NCBI GenBank assembly: GCA_965248695.1
Contig: CBDFKD010000002.1
Coordinates: forward strand, 1,600,001 to 1,664,000
Reading direction: 5' to 3'
DNA from: Acidobacteriota bacterium
Lineage (GTDB): Bacteria; Acidobacteriota; UBA890; WLXD01
Length of the DNA stretch: 64,000 bases
Shown here: in pieces, positions 19,992 through 30,621 of the stretch
Layout of the letters: each line of letters starts with the position of its first letter
Numbering within the stretch: position 1 is the stretch's first letter
Program-made: the position numbers and the translations under genes
The notes under the pieces: generated by a model
What the model saw: the letters and a program-made list of their open reading frames with translations, nothing else
Databases searched by the model: none
What the model was told of the DNA's origin: nothing

Positions 19992-20021
19992 ATTTTAAAA
20001 AATAGCTTTAATCTTGGTCAA
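19992..20021 (-). promoter_or_regulatory. Sigma70-like promoter inside a 190-bp AT-rich island, facing the 18775-19833 gene
   Basis: Minus strand TTGACC (20016-20021), 18-nt spacer, TAAAAT (19992-19997). Confidence 0.55.
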
Positions 20022-20104
20022 TCGACGTTACGCGACATACCTTGGAGACGGTCAGCCGAGGATTCGATTCCTCGGACGGCGGTTGCGCCGACTCGTCCTG
20101 ACTA

Positions 20105-23100
20105 CTAGCGCAGCCCCGCGGACGACGAGGGCCGGTAGCTATCCGACCAGTACATCCCCTCCACCGGCCGCTGACGTGGGTAGATCTCCGCCAGCGTCGC
20201 GCCGTCGTACAAACGTCCGTCCTTCATGACGCGATGCACCAGCGCCGTGTTGCGGATGTTCTGCAGCGGATCGGCGTCGAGCACGATCAGATCGGCGATC
20301 TTCCCGGCCTCGATCGTGCCCAGGTCGTTCTCCACGCCAATACCTTCGGCGCCGTGGATGGTCGCCACCCGGAGCGCGTCGTGGTTGGACATGCCCCCCG
20401 AGGCGATCATCCACAGCTCCCAGTGGTAGCCGAGCCCATCGAACTGCCCATGGCTGCCCACACCGCCGCGCCCGCCGGCTTCGACGATGCGCTTGAGCAC
20501 CTCGGCGTGACCCTTGAAGGCGTACTCGTCGTCCATGAACCAGCCGCCCGGTCCGGGGCTGCCGCCACCCCCCGTGCCGCGCCGCCGCGCCTTGGGCGCC
20601 AGGACTGAATACGGGTAGAAACGTTGGATCTTGGGATCGTTGTACGGGTTCTCGTTGGTGTAGAAGTAGTTCTCACCGAAGGGTCCTCCGTAGCTCACGA
20701 TGAGGGTCGGCGAGTACGTGATGCCCGTCTGCGCGAACAGCTGCACGACGTCCTCGTACAGTGGGTAGATGGGCAGCGAGTGCTCCTGTCCCGGATAGCC
20801 GTCGATCGCCATCGTCAGGTTGTACTCGAGGTCGAGCCCGCCTTCGGTCGTCGGCATGAGCTCCTGCTCGCGCGCCGCGTTGATGATCCACTGGCGCGTC
20901 TGGCGATTGCCCGACATGTACATCTTGATGGTGTTGGTCTGGTAGTACTCCGAATAGCGCTTGAGCACATCGCGGGCGTGGTCGGCGTCACGCCAGCGCT
21001 CGCCCGAGAACACGCCGGGTCCGGTCGAGTAGACACGCGGGCCGATGAGCTCGCCGGTCTCCACCTTGTCGGAGTACGTCAGCACGTCGGTGGTGGCCGT
21101 CTGCGGGTCGCGTGTGGTGGTAACGCCGTAGGCCAGGTTGGCAAGGTACATCCACGCCTGTTGCTTGTGCAGACCCCAGTTCGGCCACATGTGCGCGTGG
21201 GTATCGATGAAGCCCGGCACGATGGTCTTGCCGCGCAGGTCGATGCGCTCGGCTCCGTCCGGCAGCTGCACGCGGCCACGCCGTCCCACCGCCGTGATGC
21301 GGTTGCCTTCTACCACGATGTCGGCGTTGTCGATTACCTCGTCGCCGTTCATCGTGATCACCCGCGCCCGCCGCAACACCACGGAGCTGGTCGAGAGATC
21401 CCGGGTCGCCATGACGACGACGCGTTTCTCGAACGGCTTGTAGCTATTGTCGTCCTCCTCGTCCTCGGCGTCTTCGTCGTCGCCGTCGTGGTCGTCCTGC
21501 GGATCATCATCGTCGGCGTCGTGACCCTCGCCTTCCTCCTCAGCGTCGTGACCCTCACCCTCGCCGTCCCCGTCGGCCTCCTTGTCGGCCTCGGCCTTTT
21601 CCTCCTCCTCCTTCGCCTTACGCTTCTTTTCCGCCTCGATTTCCTCGTCGACGCGCTCGGCCTCCTCGAGCTCGTAGACCACGTGCGCGTTGCCGATCGA
21701 CCAGTGCACGGTGTTGCCATCCGCACTCCATGCCGGAAACTCGCCGCCGATGTCGGTTAGCTTGCGCACCGGAACCGGAGCACCCGACGGGTTCGCGGTC
21801 GAGATCGTCGGTGCCTTGGCTCCGACGAGCGGAATCGCACCGATGGCATAGAGGTCCATGCCAACGCGCGCCAGGGCCTTGTCGCCGGTGGGGGCAATCT
21901 TCACCAGGTTGGCCGGCGGCGGAGGTCCTTCTGAACCCGGGAACGGTGGCCCAGTGACCTTCAGGTGTTCCTTGAGGTCGGTGCCGTCCCAACGCAGCGA
22001 TACCAGACCGGCCCGGCCGGCGTACAAGTAGATGCGGTCGGAATCGGTGCCGAAGTGTGGCGCCGTGCGGCCGGTCATCGGAGCGATCCGAGTCCAGTCG
22101 CCGCCGGCGGCGGGGATCCAGACGAGGTCGGCCGCCGCGCCGCCGCCGAACGACGGCCCGGTGGCCTCCTGGTAATCACGCGCGGGTCCACGCACCGCCA
22201 CGATGCGCTCTCCGTCCGGCGACCACGCCACCTGCATGTAGGTGCCGTTCATGGTCGTAAGCCGGCGCGACGATCCACCGGCCGCCGGGATGGAGGAGAT
22301 GTGGCCGCCGTCTGCCTGGTCCCAGGTTACGTACGCCAGCGTATCGCCGTCGGGCGACCAGGCGGGCATTGCCTCGACGTCGGTGGAGTCCGTCAACCGT
22401 CGCGGCTCGCCGTCGGGCCAGTCCATGACGTAGAGACGATCCAGCGCCGTGAACGCCAGCTGGCTGCCGTCCGGGGAAGGCACGGCGTCGCGAATCTGAC
22501 GGACCTCGAACTCGGGGCGGTCGTCCACCGGGTAGTCGAAGTCGAGCTTGGGTCCGGCTTCGATCTTGACCTCGGCGGTAAACGGGATCTCCTCCGAGTC
22601 GGAACCGTCGATCGGAATGCGCCAGATCTTGCCGCCGTACGACGCCACCAGCGCTGATGAGTCGGGTGTAAACGACATTCCGGGAAGCACGTCGCGCGAC
22701 GCGATCGACTCCTGATCGTCGCGCTGCACCGGATACGCCAGCCAGCTCTCATCGCCGGTTCCCAGATCGCGTAGCCGCAGCCCCGTCTGGTCCTCGTGCC
22801 GCGTCCCGTATGCCAACCACTTTCCGTCCGGCGACAGGGTTGGCCGGAACGCCGATCCGTAGCGCGAGCTCCGCCGGGTCACCTCGCCCGTCTGGCGGTC
22901 GTAAACCGCCAGCTGGTACTGGGGAAATATGGCGTTGTACTGCCATGGTCCGGTGCGGGTGGCGAACCAGATCCAGCGCTCGTCGGCACCGAACGCGGGC
23001 CCCATCTGCCGTCTGGTCTTGCTGGCCTCGCCGATCTGGATACCGGCGCCACCCTTCTCGGCGTGGATCAAGAACAGGTTCTGCGATCGGAACCCCGCTC

Positions 23101-23758
23101 CCGCTCGGGACGCGACGATGTAGTCACCGTCGGGGGTCCACTCGGACGAGGCGAAGTTACTGCTCTTGTCCTCCGTTACCTGGCGGAAGCGCTCGTCTTC
23201 GTCCTCCTCGTCGAGCGTCACCACCCACAAGTTCTCCGACCCGCTGCGGTCCGAAACGAACAGCACCTCCGTTCCGTCGGGGCTGTAGCTCGGCATGCTG
23301 TCGAAGCTCATCCCATTCGTGATACGCCCGGCTTCCCCACCGGTGATCGGCACGGTGTAGAGATCGCCTAGCAGGTCGAAGACCACCGTCGCACCGTCGG
23401 GGCTGACGTCCAGCGACAGCCAGGAGCCCTCGGTGGCGGTGAACTCCACGGCGCGCTCGGGCTTCAGCGGCAGGTCTTTCTTGTCCCAGTCGTCGGCCGA
23501 CTCTTCTGCGTCGTCGTCACCCTCATCGTCGTCGCCTTCCTCGTCCTGTCCGATGACGATGTATCCGTAGGGATAGCCCGTGATCGGATCCAAGGGAACG
23601 CCGTGCATCCACGGCGGTAGCACGACGCGGTCCTGGCCATCGTGTTCCAGCAACGCTGCCTGGCCACCCGCGGGCATGGCCTGGCCGGCCGATCCGGCGG
23701 CGGGACCTGCCAGCACGAGGAGAGCCATCAAGGTTACGAGCGGTCTGATGTTACGCAT
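20105..23758 (-). CDS. Exported amidohydrolase with N-terminal TolB-like (PD40) beta-propellers
   Basis: Signal peptide; many SPDG/WSPDG blades; PGFIDTHAH, GSHGQ..GLG.HWE.W, GKIADLIVLD..PL. Confidence 0.9.
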   Translation of the reverse strand: MRNIRPLVTLMALLVLAGPAAGSAGQAMPAGGQAALLEHDGQDRVVLPPWMHGVPLDPITGYPYGYIVIGQDEEGDDDEGDDDAEESADDWDKKDLPLKPERAVEFTATEGSWLSLDVSPDGATVVFDLLGDLYTVPITGGEAGRITNGMSFDSMPSYSPDGTEVLFVSDRSGSENLWVVTLDEEDEDERFRQVTEDKSSNFASSEWTPDGDYIVASRAGAGFRSQNLFLIHAEKGGAGIQIGEASKTRRQMGPAFGADERWIWFATRTGPWQYNAIFPQYQLAVYDRQTGEVTRRSSRYGSAFRPTLSPDGKWLAYGTRHEDQTGLRLRDLGTGDESWLAYPVQRDDQESIASRDVLPGMSFTPDSSALVASYGGKIWRIPIDGSDSEEIPFTAEVKIEAGPKLDFDYPVDDRPEFEVRQIRDAVPSPDGSQLAFTALDRLYVMDWPDGEPRRLTDSTDVEAMPAWSPDGDTLAYVTWDQADGGHISSIPAAGGSSRRLTTMNGTYMQVAWSPDGERIVAVRGPARDYQEATGPSFGGGAAADLVWIPAAGGDWTRIAPMTGRTAPHFGTDSDRIYLYAGRAGLVSLRWDGTDLKEHLKVTGPPFPGSEGPPPPANLVKIAPTGDKALARVGMDLYAIGAIPLVGAKAPTISTANPSGAPVPVRKLTDIGGEFPAWSADGNTVHWSIGNAHVVYELEEAERVDEEIEAEKKRKAKEEEEKAEADKEADGDGEGEGHDAEEEGEGHDADDDDPQDDHDGDDEDAEDEEDDNSYKPFEKRVVVMATRDLSTSSVVLRRARVITMNGDEVIDNADIVVEGNRITAVGRRGRVQLPDGAERIDLRGKTIVPGFIDTHAHMWPNWGLHKQQAWMYLANLAYGVTTTRDPQTATTDVLTYSDKVETGELIGPRVYSTGPGVFSGERWRDADHARDVLKRYSEYYQTNTIKMYMSGNRQTRQWIINAAREQELMPTTEGGLDLEYNLTMAIDGYPGQEHSLPIYPLYEDVVQLFAQTGITYSPTLIVSYGGPFGENYFYTNENPYNDPKIQRFYPYSVLAPKARRRGTGGGGSPGPGGWFMDDEYAFKGHAEVLKRIVEAGGRGGVGSHGQFDGLGYHWELWMIASGGMSNHDALRVATIHGAEGIGVENDLGTIEAGKIADLIVLDADPLQNIRNTALVHRVMKDGRLYDGATLAEIYPRQRPVEGMYWSDSYRPSSSAGLR

Positions 23759-23806
23759 GATCGTCCTCGCGTATTTGGATTGCCGGGCCGCTGTGGCGAC
23801 GCGGCC

Positions 23807-24397
23807 TCAGGCAGTCGAGCGCGGCACGAACCGGGGAACGCGACGGGCATACGTGACGTACGCATCCCCGAACCGGTCGCGCAGCTCGCGCTCCTCTAGG
23901 TGAACGACTAGCAGAAGGGCGGGAAAGGTGATGACGAGCAGGATCCAGCTCGCCAGATAGTTGGTGAACAGCGCCGCCGCCAGCACCCCGAAGATGACCG
24001 AAACGTATCGCGGGTGCCGTATCCGCCCGTAGATTCCCTGGTCGAGCAGCTGGTCGCTCTCCGGTTCAGGTGCCAGCTCGGGCACGCCCCTGAGCATGCG
24101 CAGCGTCAGGTGTTTGCGGCACTGCAACTCGACGAAGAGCGCCATTGCGTAGGCCAGCGCCGCCAGTAGCCACAGCGTGGGTCCAGTTCCGAACTCGACT
24201 GCCAGCAGCCGACCACGGAATGGCCAGGTGGCCGCTCCCACGACCCAGAACATCCCGATCAGAATGATGTAGCTGATCCGCGTCCCGAGAGCGCGCCAGA
24301 ACCCGACGAACGGATGCACGAGGAACCAGTAACCGAAGGCGAACGGGAGCGTCAGCACGCACAGGAGCGCGATCCCGTAGCGGAAGGAGTCGAGCAA
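23807..24397 (-). CDS. Isoprenylcysteine carboxyl methyltransferase (ICMT/PEMT) family membrane protein
   Basis: G.Y..IRHPRY, EEREL..RFG..Y..Y...VPRF. Confidence 0.85.
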   Translation of the reverse strand: MLDSFRYGIALLCVLTLPFAFGYWFLVHPFVGFWRALGTRISYIILIGMFWVVGAATWPFRGRLLAVEFGTGPTLWLLAALAYAMALFVELQCRKHLTLRMLRGVPELAPEPESDQLLDQGIYGRIRHPRYVSVIFGVLAAALFTNYLASWILLVITFPALLLVVHLEERELRDRFGDAYVTYARRVPRFVPRSTA

Positions 24398-24569
24398 CGA
24401 GCCAACCTGTTCAGTCGTATCGGCGGGGGCGCACCCTAGCCTATCCCGCTAGCCCGACCGCGTCACGCGGGCATCTCGCTCGCAGGCTTGCCGACGGGAC
24501 GGCGCCGGTGTGCGCGGTGCAGGCGGCCACGTCCGGTTCGCCGCCCGGCGGGCCCGTCACATTACTGCC

Positions 24570-26315
24570 TCAGGCCTCGAGAGCCTCCTGCATCTCGCCA
24601 ATCAGTCGGCGGGCGAGACGCTGGCTGTCGAGTTGGGTGGCGATGATGTGTTTGTCGTCGCCGCGTGTCGCCAGCTCGATGCGGTAGTAGAGCTTGTTGT
24701 TGGCCTGCATACCGGGCGTCGGCCGCATGGCAGTGATCTGATCTCGCAGGAAGCTCCTGGATCTGCCAGGTCCGAGCATGCGCTTCGTAAACGCCAGCGC
24801 GCCGTTGCCGACCTCAACGCGGATCTCGGTGAGCCAGAGGTCGAGCACGAACCAGATCAGGATGACGGCGAAAAGGCCGAACGCGATCGGAAACAGGATC
24901 GGCGCGGCCAGGGTCACCATCATCCAGATGAAGCCGCACCAGACCGCAGTGAAAACAGTCACGCCCACGGCCACGCCCTTGTGCCGGGCACGGTGAAAGA
25001 GGTACCGGCGCCCACCGGCGGCGGTTCTCTCGCTCGCGATCCCCACCACGCCGAGCTCGGCCGCCCAGTCGTGCGGGTTCGCGGGGTATGCCTCGGCCGA
25101 CTCGATCTGCAGCTCGGGGTCACTGCTGTCGGTCTTGAACACCGGCACCTTGAACTCGGCGGCAAAGTCGACGCCGGTCATCTCGGCCTCGGCAGCGAGC
25201 TTCCAGTGGATCGGCTGGTCAGAGTCAGGGTCGCTGGCCGGTGCCGCGTGCATCGGAATCGCGAAGCGAACCGGGACTGTGATCCCTTCAGCTCCGAGGC
25301 CGAGCGCGCCGCGCCGCACAACCGCGGCATCCTGCCAGAGGACGTCATCGCGGCTGCTGCGGTTATCGCCGCTTCCGGTCGTGACCGTGCGGGTGCACGT
25401 GAGCGTGACCTCGAAGCCCTCGTCCAACGGGCCGCGGATATTGGTATGAACCAGCCCCTCGAGGTAGCCGCCCAGGACGCCCGGATTGGTGACCAGCTCG
25501 AACGTGGCGTTGCCGAACTTGCGCCAACGCAAGAACGCCCGCACGGCCCAGGCCAACAAGAGGAGGCCGGTGGCAGGAAAGACGAGCGCGATCAGCGCCA
25601 GCCGATTACCATCGGCGAGCTCGCCTGGAAGGAGGAAGAGAACGGGGGCGGAAATCAAGTTCCAGAGAATCGCGAAGATGGCGCCGCCGATCATCGAGCC
25701 CTTCGCCCCGGCCGAGACGCGCCCGTCGGCCCAGTCCTGCTCCCAGCGCCACGGTTCGGTGGGATAGTCGACCTTCAGCTTGCCCGCTTCGGCGACCAGG
25801 CGACCGCCATACACGGCTGCAAACATGAGCCCGTAGCCGACCAGGCCGAACACCAGCGCGAAGATCGTCATGAGCCCGAGCATCCCCCAGCGCATCTCGC
25901 GATACAGAACAGACTGGGTCGGATCGCTGGGGTTGACAAAGCAACGGAAACTACGCCCGGAATCGACATAGGTCCGCAGCTCGGCGTGCTTGTCCTGGTG
26001 AAAGGAGCCGACGTTGTCGGATCCGAACCCGAAGCCGACGACGTCGGAGGTGTAGAGCTCGCCGCGGTAGGCATACTCGTAGAACGCGTCGACGCGGTAC
26101 GTGGTGGTATCGCTGCCACGGCTCGTGGCGAGATCGGCGCTGAGGATGCGTGCCGGCACCTCGTCCCACGATTGCGCACTCGTCCAGCCCGCCACCCTGG
26201 AACCGACCAGGTAGCCGACGAACGTGCCCCCGCCCGCGAACGGCAGGGCGAAGAGCAGCAGCATGATCACGCTACCGTGCCCCGTCTTCTTGCCGACCTG
26301 CCCTCGACCGATCAC
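24570..26315 (-). CDS. DUF3592-domain multi-TM membrane protein
   Basis: W..VPA.I.S..L...TY.V...Y.Y, C.VNP.DP.QS.L.R; GTG 26315 overlaps the stop of the upstream gene. Confidence 0.75.
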   Translation of the reverse strand: MIGRGQVGKKTGHGSVIMLLLFALPFAGGGTFVGYLVGSRVAGWTSAQSWDEVPARILSADLATSRGSDTTTYRVDAFYEYAYRGELYTSDVVGFGFGSDNVGSFHQDKHAELRTYVDSGRSFRCFVNPSDPTQSVLYREMRWGMLGLMTIFALVFGLVGYGLMFAAVYGGRLVAEAGKLKVDYPTEPWRWEQDWADGRVSAGAKGSMIGGAIFAILWNLISAPVLFLLPGELADGNRLALIALVFPATGLLLLAWAVRAFLRWRKFGNATFELVTNPGVLGGYLEGLVHTNIRGPLDEGFEVTLTCTRTVTTGSGDNRSSRDDVLWQDAAVVRRGALGLGAEGITVPVRFAIPMHAAPASDPDSDQPIHWKLAAEAEMTGVDFAAEFKVPVFKTDSSDPELQIESAEAYPANPHDWAAELGVVGIASERTAAGGRRYLFHRARHKGVAVGVTVFTAVWCGFIWMMVTLAAPILFPIAFGLFAVILIWFVLDLWLTEIRVEVGNGALAFTKRMLGPGRSRSFLRDQITAMRPTPGMQANNKLYYRIELATRGDDKHIIATQLDSQRLARRLIGEMQEALEA

Positions 26316-26698
26316 GACAAGACGCGCCGGCGGATCTCGTTGATGAGCCGATCCGGCTCCTCGAGCGCCAGGTAGAACGATGTGGTCTGGAACTTGAAAC
26401 GACCGATCAACGGCATCGCCTGCTGTTTTCGGAACCGCAGTCGCACGACGTTTCTCGTCGACACCAACACTCCGTACTCCCCGCCAAGGCCGATGCGGCA
26501 ACCCAATCCCCGGTACAGGGGCCACCGAGAACGTTCGACGGCATCGACGGCCCCCAGATCGATCGTGTCGTCAAACAGCCAACCCAGTCGTACGTGCAGT
26601 GATTGGCCTTCGAGATCCGCGAACCGCTGCGCCCGCGTCGCACCGAATGGCACCAACACGGGCCGGATCAGCAGACCGGCCTCGAACTCGAATCGCAC
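26312..26698 (-). CDS. Hypothetical protein (possible PH-like fold)
   Basis: 128-aa ORF within the operon; VRLGW.F...I, G.G.R and LALEEPD.LI motifs. Confidence 0.65.
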   Translation of the reverse strand: MRFEFEAGLLIRPVLVPFGATRAQRFADLEGQSLHVRLGWLFDDTIDLGAVDAVERSRWPLYRGLGCRIGLGGEYGVLVSTRNVVRLRFRKQQAMPLIGRFKFQTTSFYLALEEPDRLINEIRRRVLS

Positions 26699-26746
26699 GG
26701 CACCCCCCCCTTTCTTGATAACCGCTAGCCCGTCGATGAACCGTTG

Positions 26747-27421
26747 CTAGCCCGAGCTGCCCACGGTGACGCCCAGCGCCTCGGCATCGAGCCCGGCCAG
26801 CGTGTCGAGCACCACGTCAGCTTCAGTCAGCGCCGGATCATGGCGAAGTCGTGGGTCGGGCACGATGATGCACCGCATGCTGGCGGCGCCCGCCGCCAGC
26901 AGTCCCATGATCGAGTCTTCCAACGCAACGCAGCTCGCCGGTGGTAACCCGAGCGCGCGAGCGGCGCTCAAGAAGACGGCCGGGTCCGGCTTTCCGCGCG
27001 GTTCATGCTCGGCAGATTGCACCACCTCGAACCGCTGGCGCAGCTCCAGCCGGCACAACACCGCCTCGATAATCCGCAGCGACGATGAAGAGGCAACGGC
27101 CAGCCGTAGACCGAGATCTTCGCAGAGGGTCAACGCCGACAGCACGCCCGGCATCGGCTCGCCGCGCTCCTCGACGAGGCGGATGACGCGATCCACGATA
27201 CGGTCCTGTACGCCTCCCGGTGGATGTTTGTCGATGTCCCACGGGCGCCGATCGAGCCAGTAGGTGACGACCTCGTCGATGCGCATGCCCACGGTCTGAG
27301 ACAGGTCACGTTGCGACAGGGTCAGACCAGCTACACCGAAGCCCTCGAGCTCGGCTTGCTGCCAGAAGGGCTCGGAGTCGATCAACAGGCCATCCATGTC
27401 GAAGATGGCAGCGCGGATCAC
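26747..27421 (-). CDS. HAD family sugar phosphatase (HxpB/YniC-like)
   Basis: FDMDGLLIDSEP.W, ASSS, KPDP.VF, LEDS..G; GTG overlaps the MOSC gene stop. Confidence 0.88.
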   Translation of the reverse strand: MIRAAIFDMDGLLIDSEPFWQQAELEGFGVAGLTLSQRDLSQTVGMRIDEVVTYWLDRRPWDIDKHPPGGVQDRIVDRVIRLVEERGEPMPGVLSALTLCEDLGLRLAVASSSSLRIIEAVLCRLELRQRFEVVQSAEHEPRGKPDPAVFLSAARALGLPPASCVALEDSIMGLLAAGAASMRCIIVPDPRLRHDPALTEADVVLDTLAGLDAEALGVTVGSSG

Positions 27422-27888
27422 GTTGCGTCGACCCACTCCACGGGGTCGCCCACGGCGATCTCGCCGTCGTCGAGCACCTCACCGAACGCACCCCCTCGCC
27501 AGTCGGGTCGCAGCGCCTCTTCGAGGCCGGCGTGGGTCTCCTCCATCAGGCGGCACGGCACGGTCTCGCCGTGCAAGCGCACGCGCACCGCACCGATCCG
27601 CAACACCCGACCGCGACTATGGGCCAGATCGAGGCCTTTGGTGAGCAAGTTGGCCCTGCGAGCCACAGGTCCGGGCCCCGCTCCCATCTCCAACCCGAGA
27701 TCGGCGCGCACCCGGCTCCAGGCTTCGGCCGCCAGCACGGTCACCTGACGCTGGCCGCCCTGCTCGGCGTTCCCCACCAAGCCGTGGCCTTTGATCAGGC
27801 GCGCGGTGTCTGCGGCGTCCATGGGTCCGCCGGAGCCGCGCTTGATCCAGATGGCGGTCAAAGTTCCGCCCTGCCCCGTATCGGTCAT
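27418..27888 (-). CDS. MOSC domain-containing protein
   Basis: GL.GN, RQVT, RRANL, GET.PC..M, W.GG.F.EV...GEI.VGD. Confidence 0.88.
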   Translation of the reverse strand: MTDTGQGGTLTAIWIKRGSGGPMDAADTARLIKGHGLVGNAEQGGQRQVTVLAAEAWSRVRADLGLEMGAGPGPVARRANLLTKGLDLAHSRGRVLRIGAVRVRLHGETVPCRLMEETHAGLEEALRPDWRGGAFGEVLDDGEIAVGDPVEWVDAT

Positions 27889-28067
27889 GGATCAGATGTT
27901 GGAGAAGGCGCCCACGGCGCGCAAGCCAACCCACGTTGCGCGAGCGCTCCGACGGCGTGGCGAGAGAGGTGGCTACGGTAGCGGCTGTCCGGGCGTGACG
28001 GTCCCGGTCACGAGGACAACCGGCCGCCCACTTGACAGTGAGTGGGAAAATGACGGATGGTCGGGCC

Positions 28068-28193
28068 ATGTTCAAGCACGTTGCCAACCGCAGACTCCGC
28101 GCTCCAGCGACCCACAGTGTGGTCGGCGCGGTAGTGTCAGCTCTGGATGGCGCGTTCTTTTCGTTTACCCGCGGGAGCCTGCGGGTCGTGTAG
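28068..28193 (+). CDS. Putative Phe attenuator leader peptide ([41 protein letters not shown])
   Basis: TTC TTT TCG TTT at 28155-28166 directly before the attenuator hairpins; TTGACA at 28032; upstream of the pheA-type gene. Confidence 0.75.
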   Translation: MFKHVANRRLRAPATHSVVGAVVSALDGAFFSFTRGSLRVV

Positions 28194-28216
28194 CCGAAAA
28201 CGAATTAACGGCCGCG

Positions 28217-28246
28217 ACCCGCCGGGGCGACTCGGCGGGTTTTTTT
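28217..28246 (+). terminator. Attenuator terminator of the phe leader
   Basis: ACCCGCCGGG-GCGA-CTCGGCGGGT followed by a T run; 5' arm overlaps the antiterminator pairing with 28181-28190. Confidence 0.85.
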
Positions 28247-28276
28247 GTGGCCCGAAGCCACAACTGGGAGCAAACG

Positions 28277-30310
<2,034 letters not shown>

Positions 30311-30414
30311 CGCGGCCACGTGTGGCGCACCATACTTCGCAGACCTGCAGTTTTCGCCGTGTGAGCTTCGCCCACAACACTGCTCACCGGCGCCTTGACT
30401 GGCGGATCGAACCC

Positions 30415-30507
30415 ATGCGTCACCCGTATCCGAGCCGCGGCGACAGCCGGGATGCTCTCGCACTTAGGCAGCTCCTCCTTCTAGGGAGGGGCGCTCGATC
30501 CAGCTAG
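30415..30507 (+). CDS. Putative Leu attenuator leader peptide (MRHPYPSRGDSRDALALRQLLLLGRGARSS); start uncertain
   Basis: CTC CTC CTT CTA at 30472-30483 plus two more Leu codons, followed by attenuator hairpins upstream of leuA. Confidence 0.75.
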   Translation: MRHPYPSRGDSRDALALRQLLLLGRGARSS

Positions 30508-30524
30508 CCAACAGTTCGATCGAC

Positions 30525-30557
30525 GCCCCGTCTCTGAGCCAGGACGGGGCTTTTCTT
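30525..30557 (+). terminator. Attenuator terminator of the leu leader
   Basis: GCCCCGTC...GACGGGGC-TTTTCTT; the 5' arm can instead pair with GGGGCG.TCGATC (30488-30500). Confidence 0.85.
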
Positions 30558-30621
30558 GTGCCTCGGTAATCCCTGTTCTTTGTCTACATATTCCGGCAGA
30601 CCTCCGAAGTGAGGGAGCACC

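Noticed and set aside
19831-20021. Possible replication origin
   Set aside because: No DnaA boxes within it and no dnaA, dnaN or rep genes nearby; kept only as a regulatory island.
24510-26375. 621-aa plus-strand ORF and other long overlapping ORFs (e.g. 55752-57323, 5022-6122, 20624-21760)
   Set aside because: Antisense or alternate-frame shadows of well-supported genes; Arg/Gly/Ala-rich and motif-free, as expected in high-GC DNA.
27791-28276. N-terminal extension of the PheA fusion in the 839-aa ORF call
   Set aside because: It overlaps the divergent MOSC gene, the leader peptide and the terminator; the GGGAG RBS and AroQ homology place the start at 28277.
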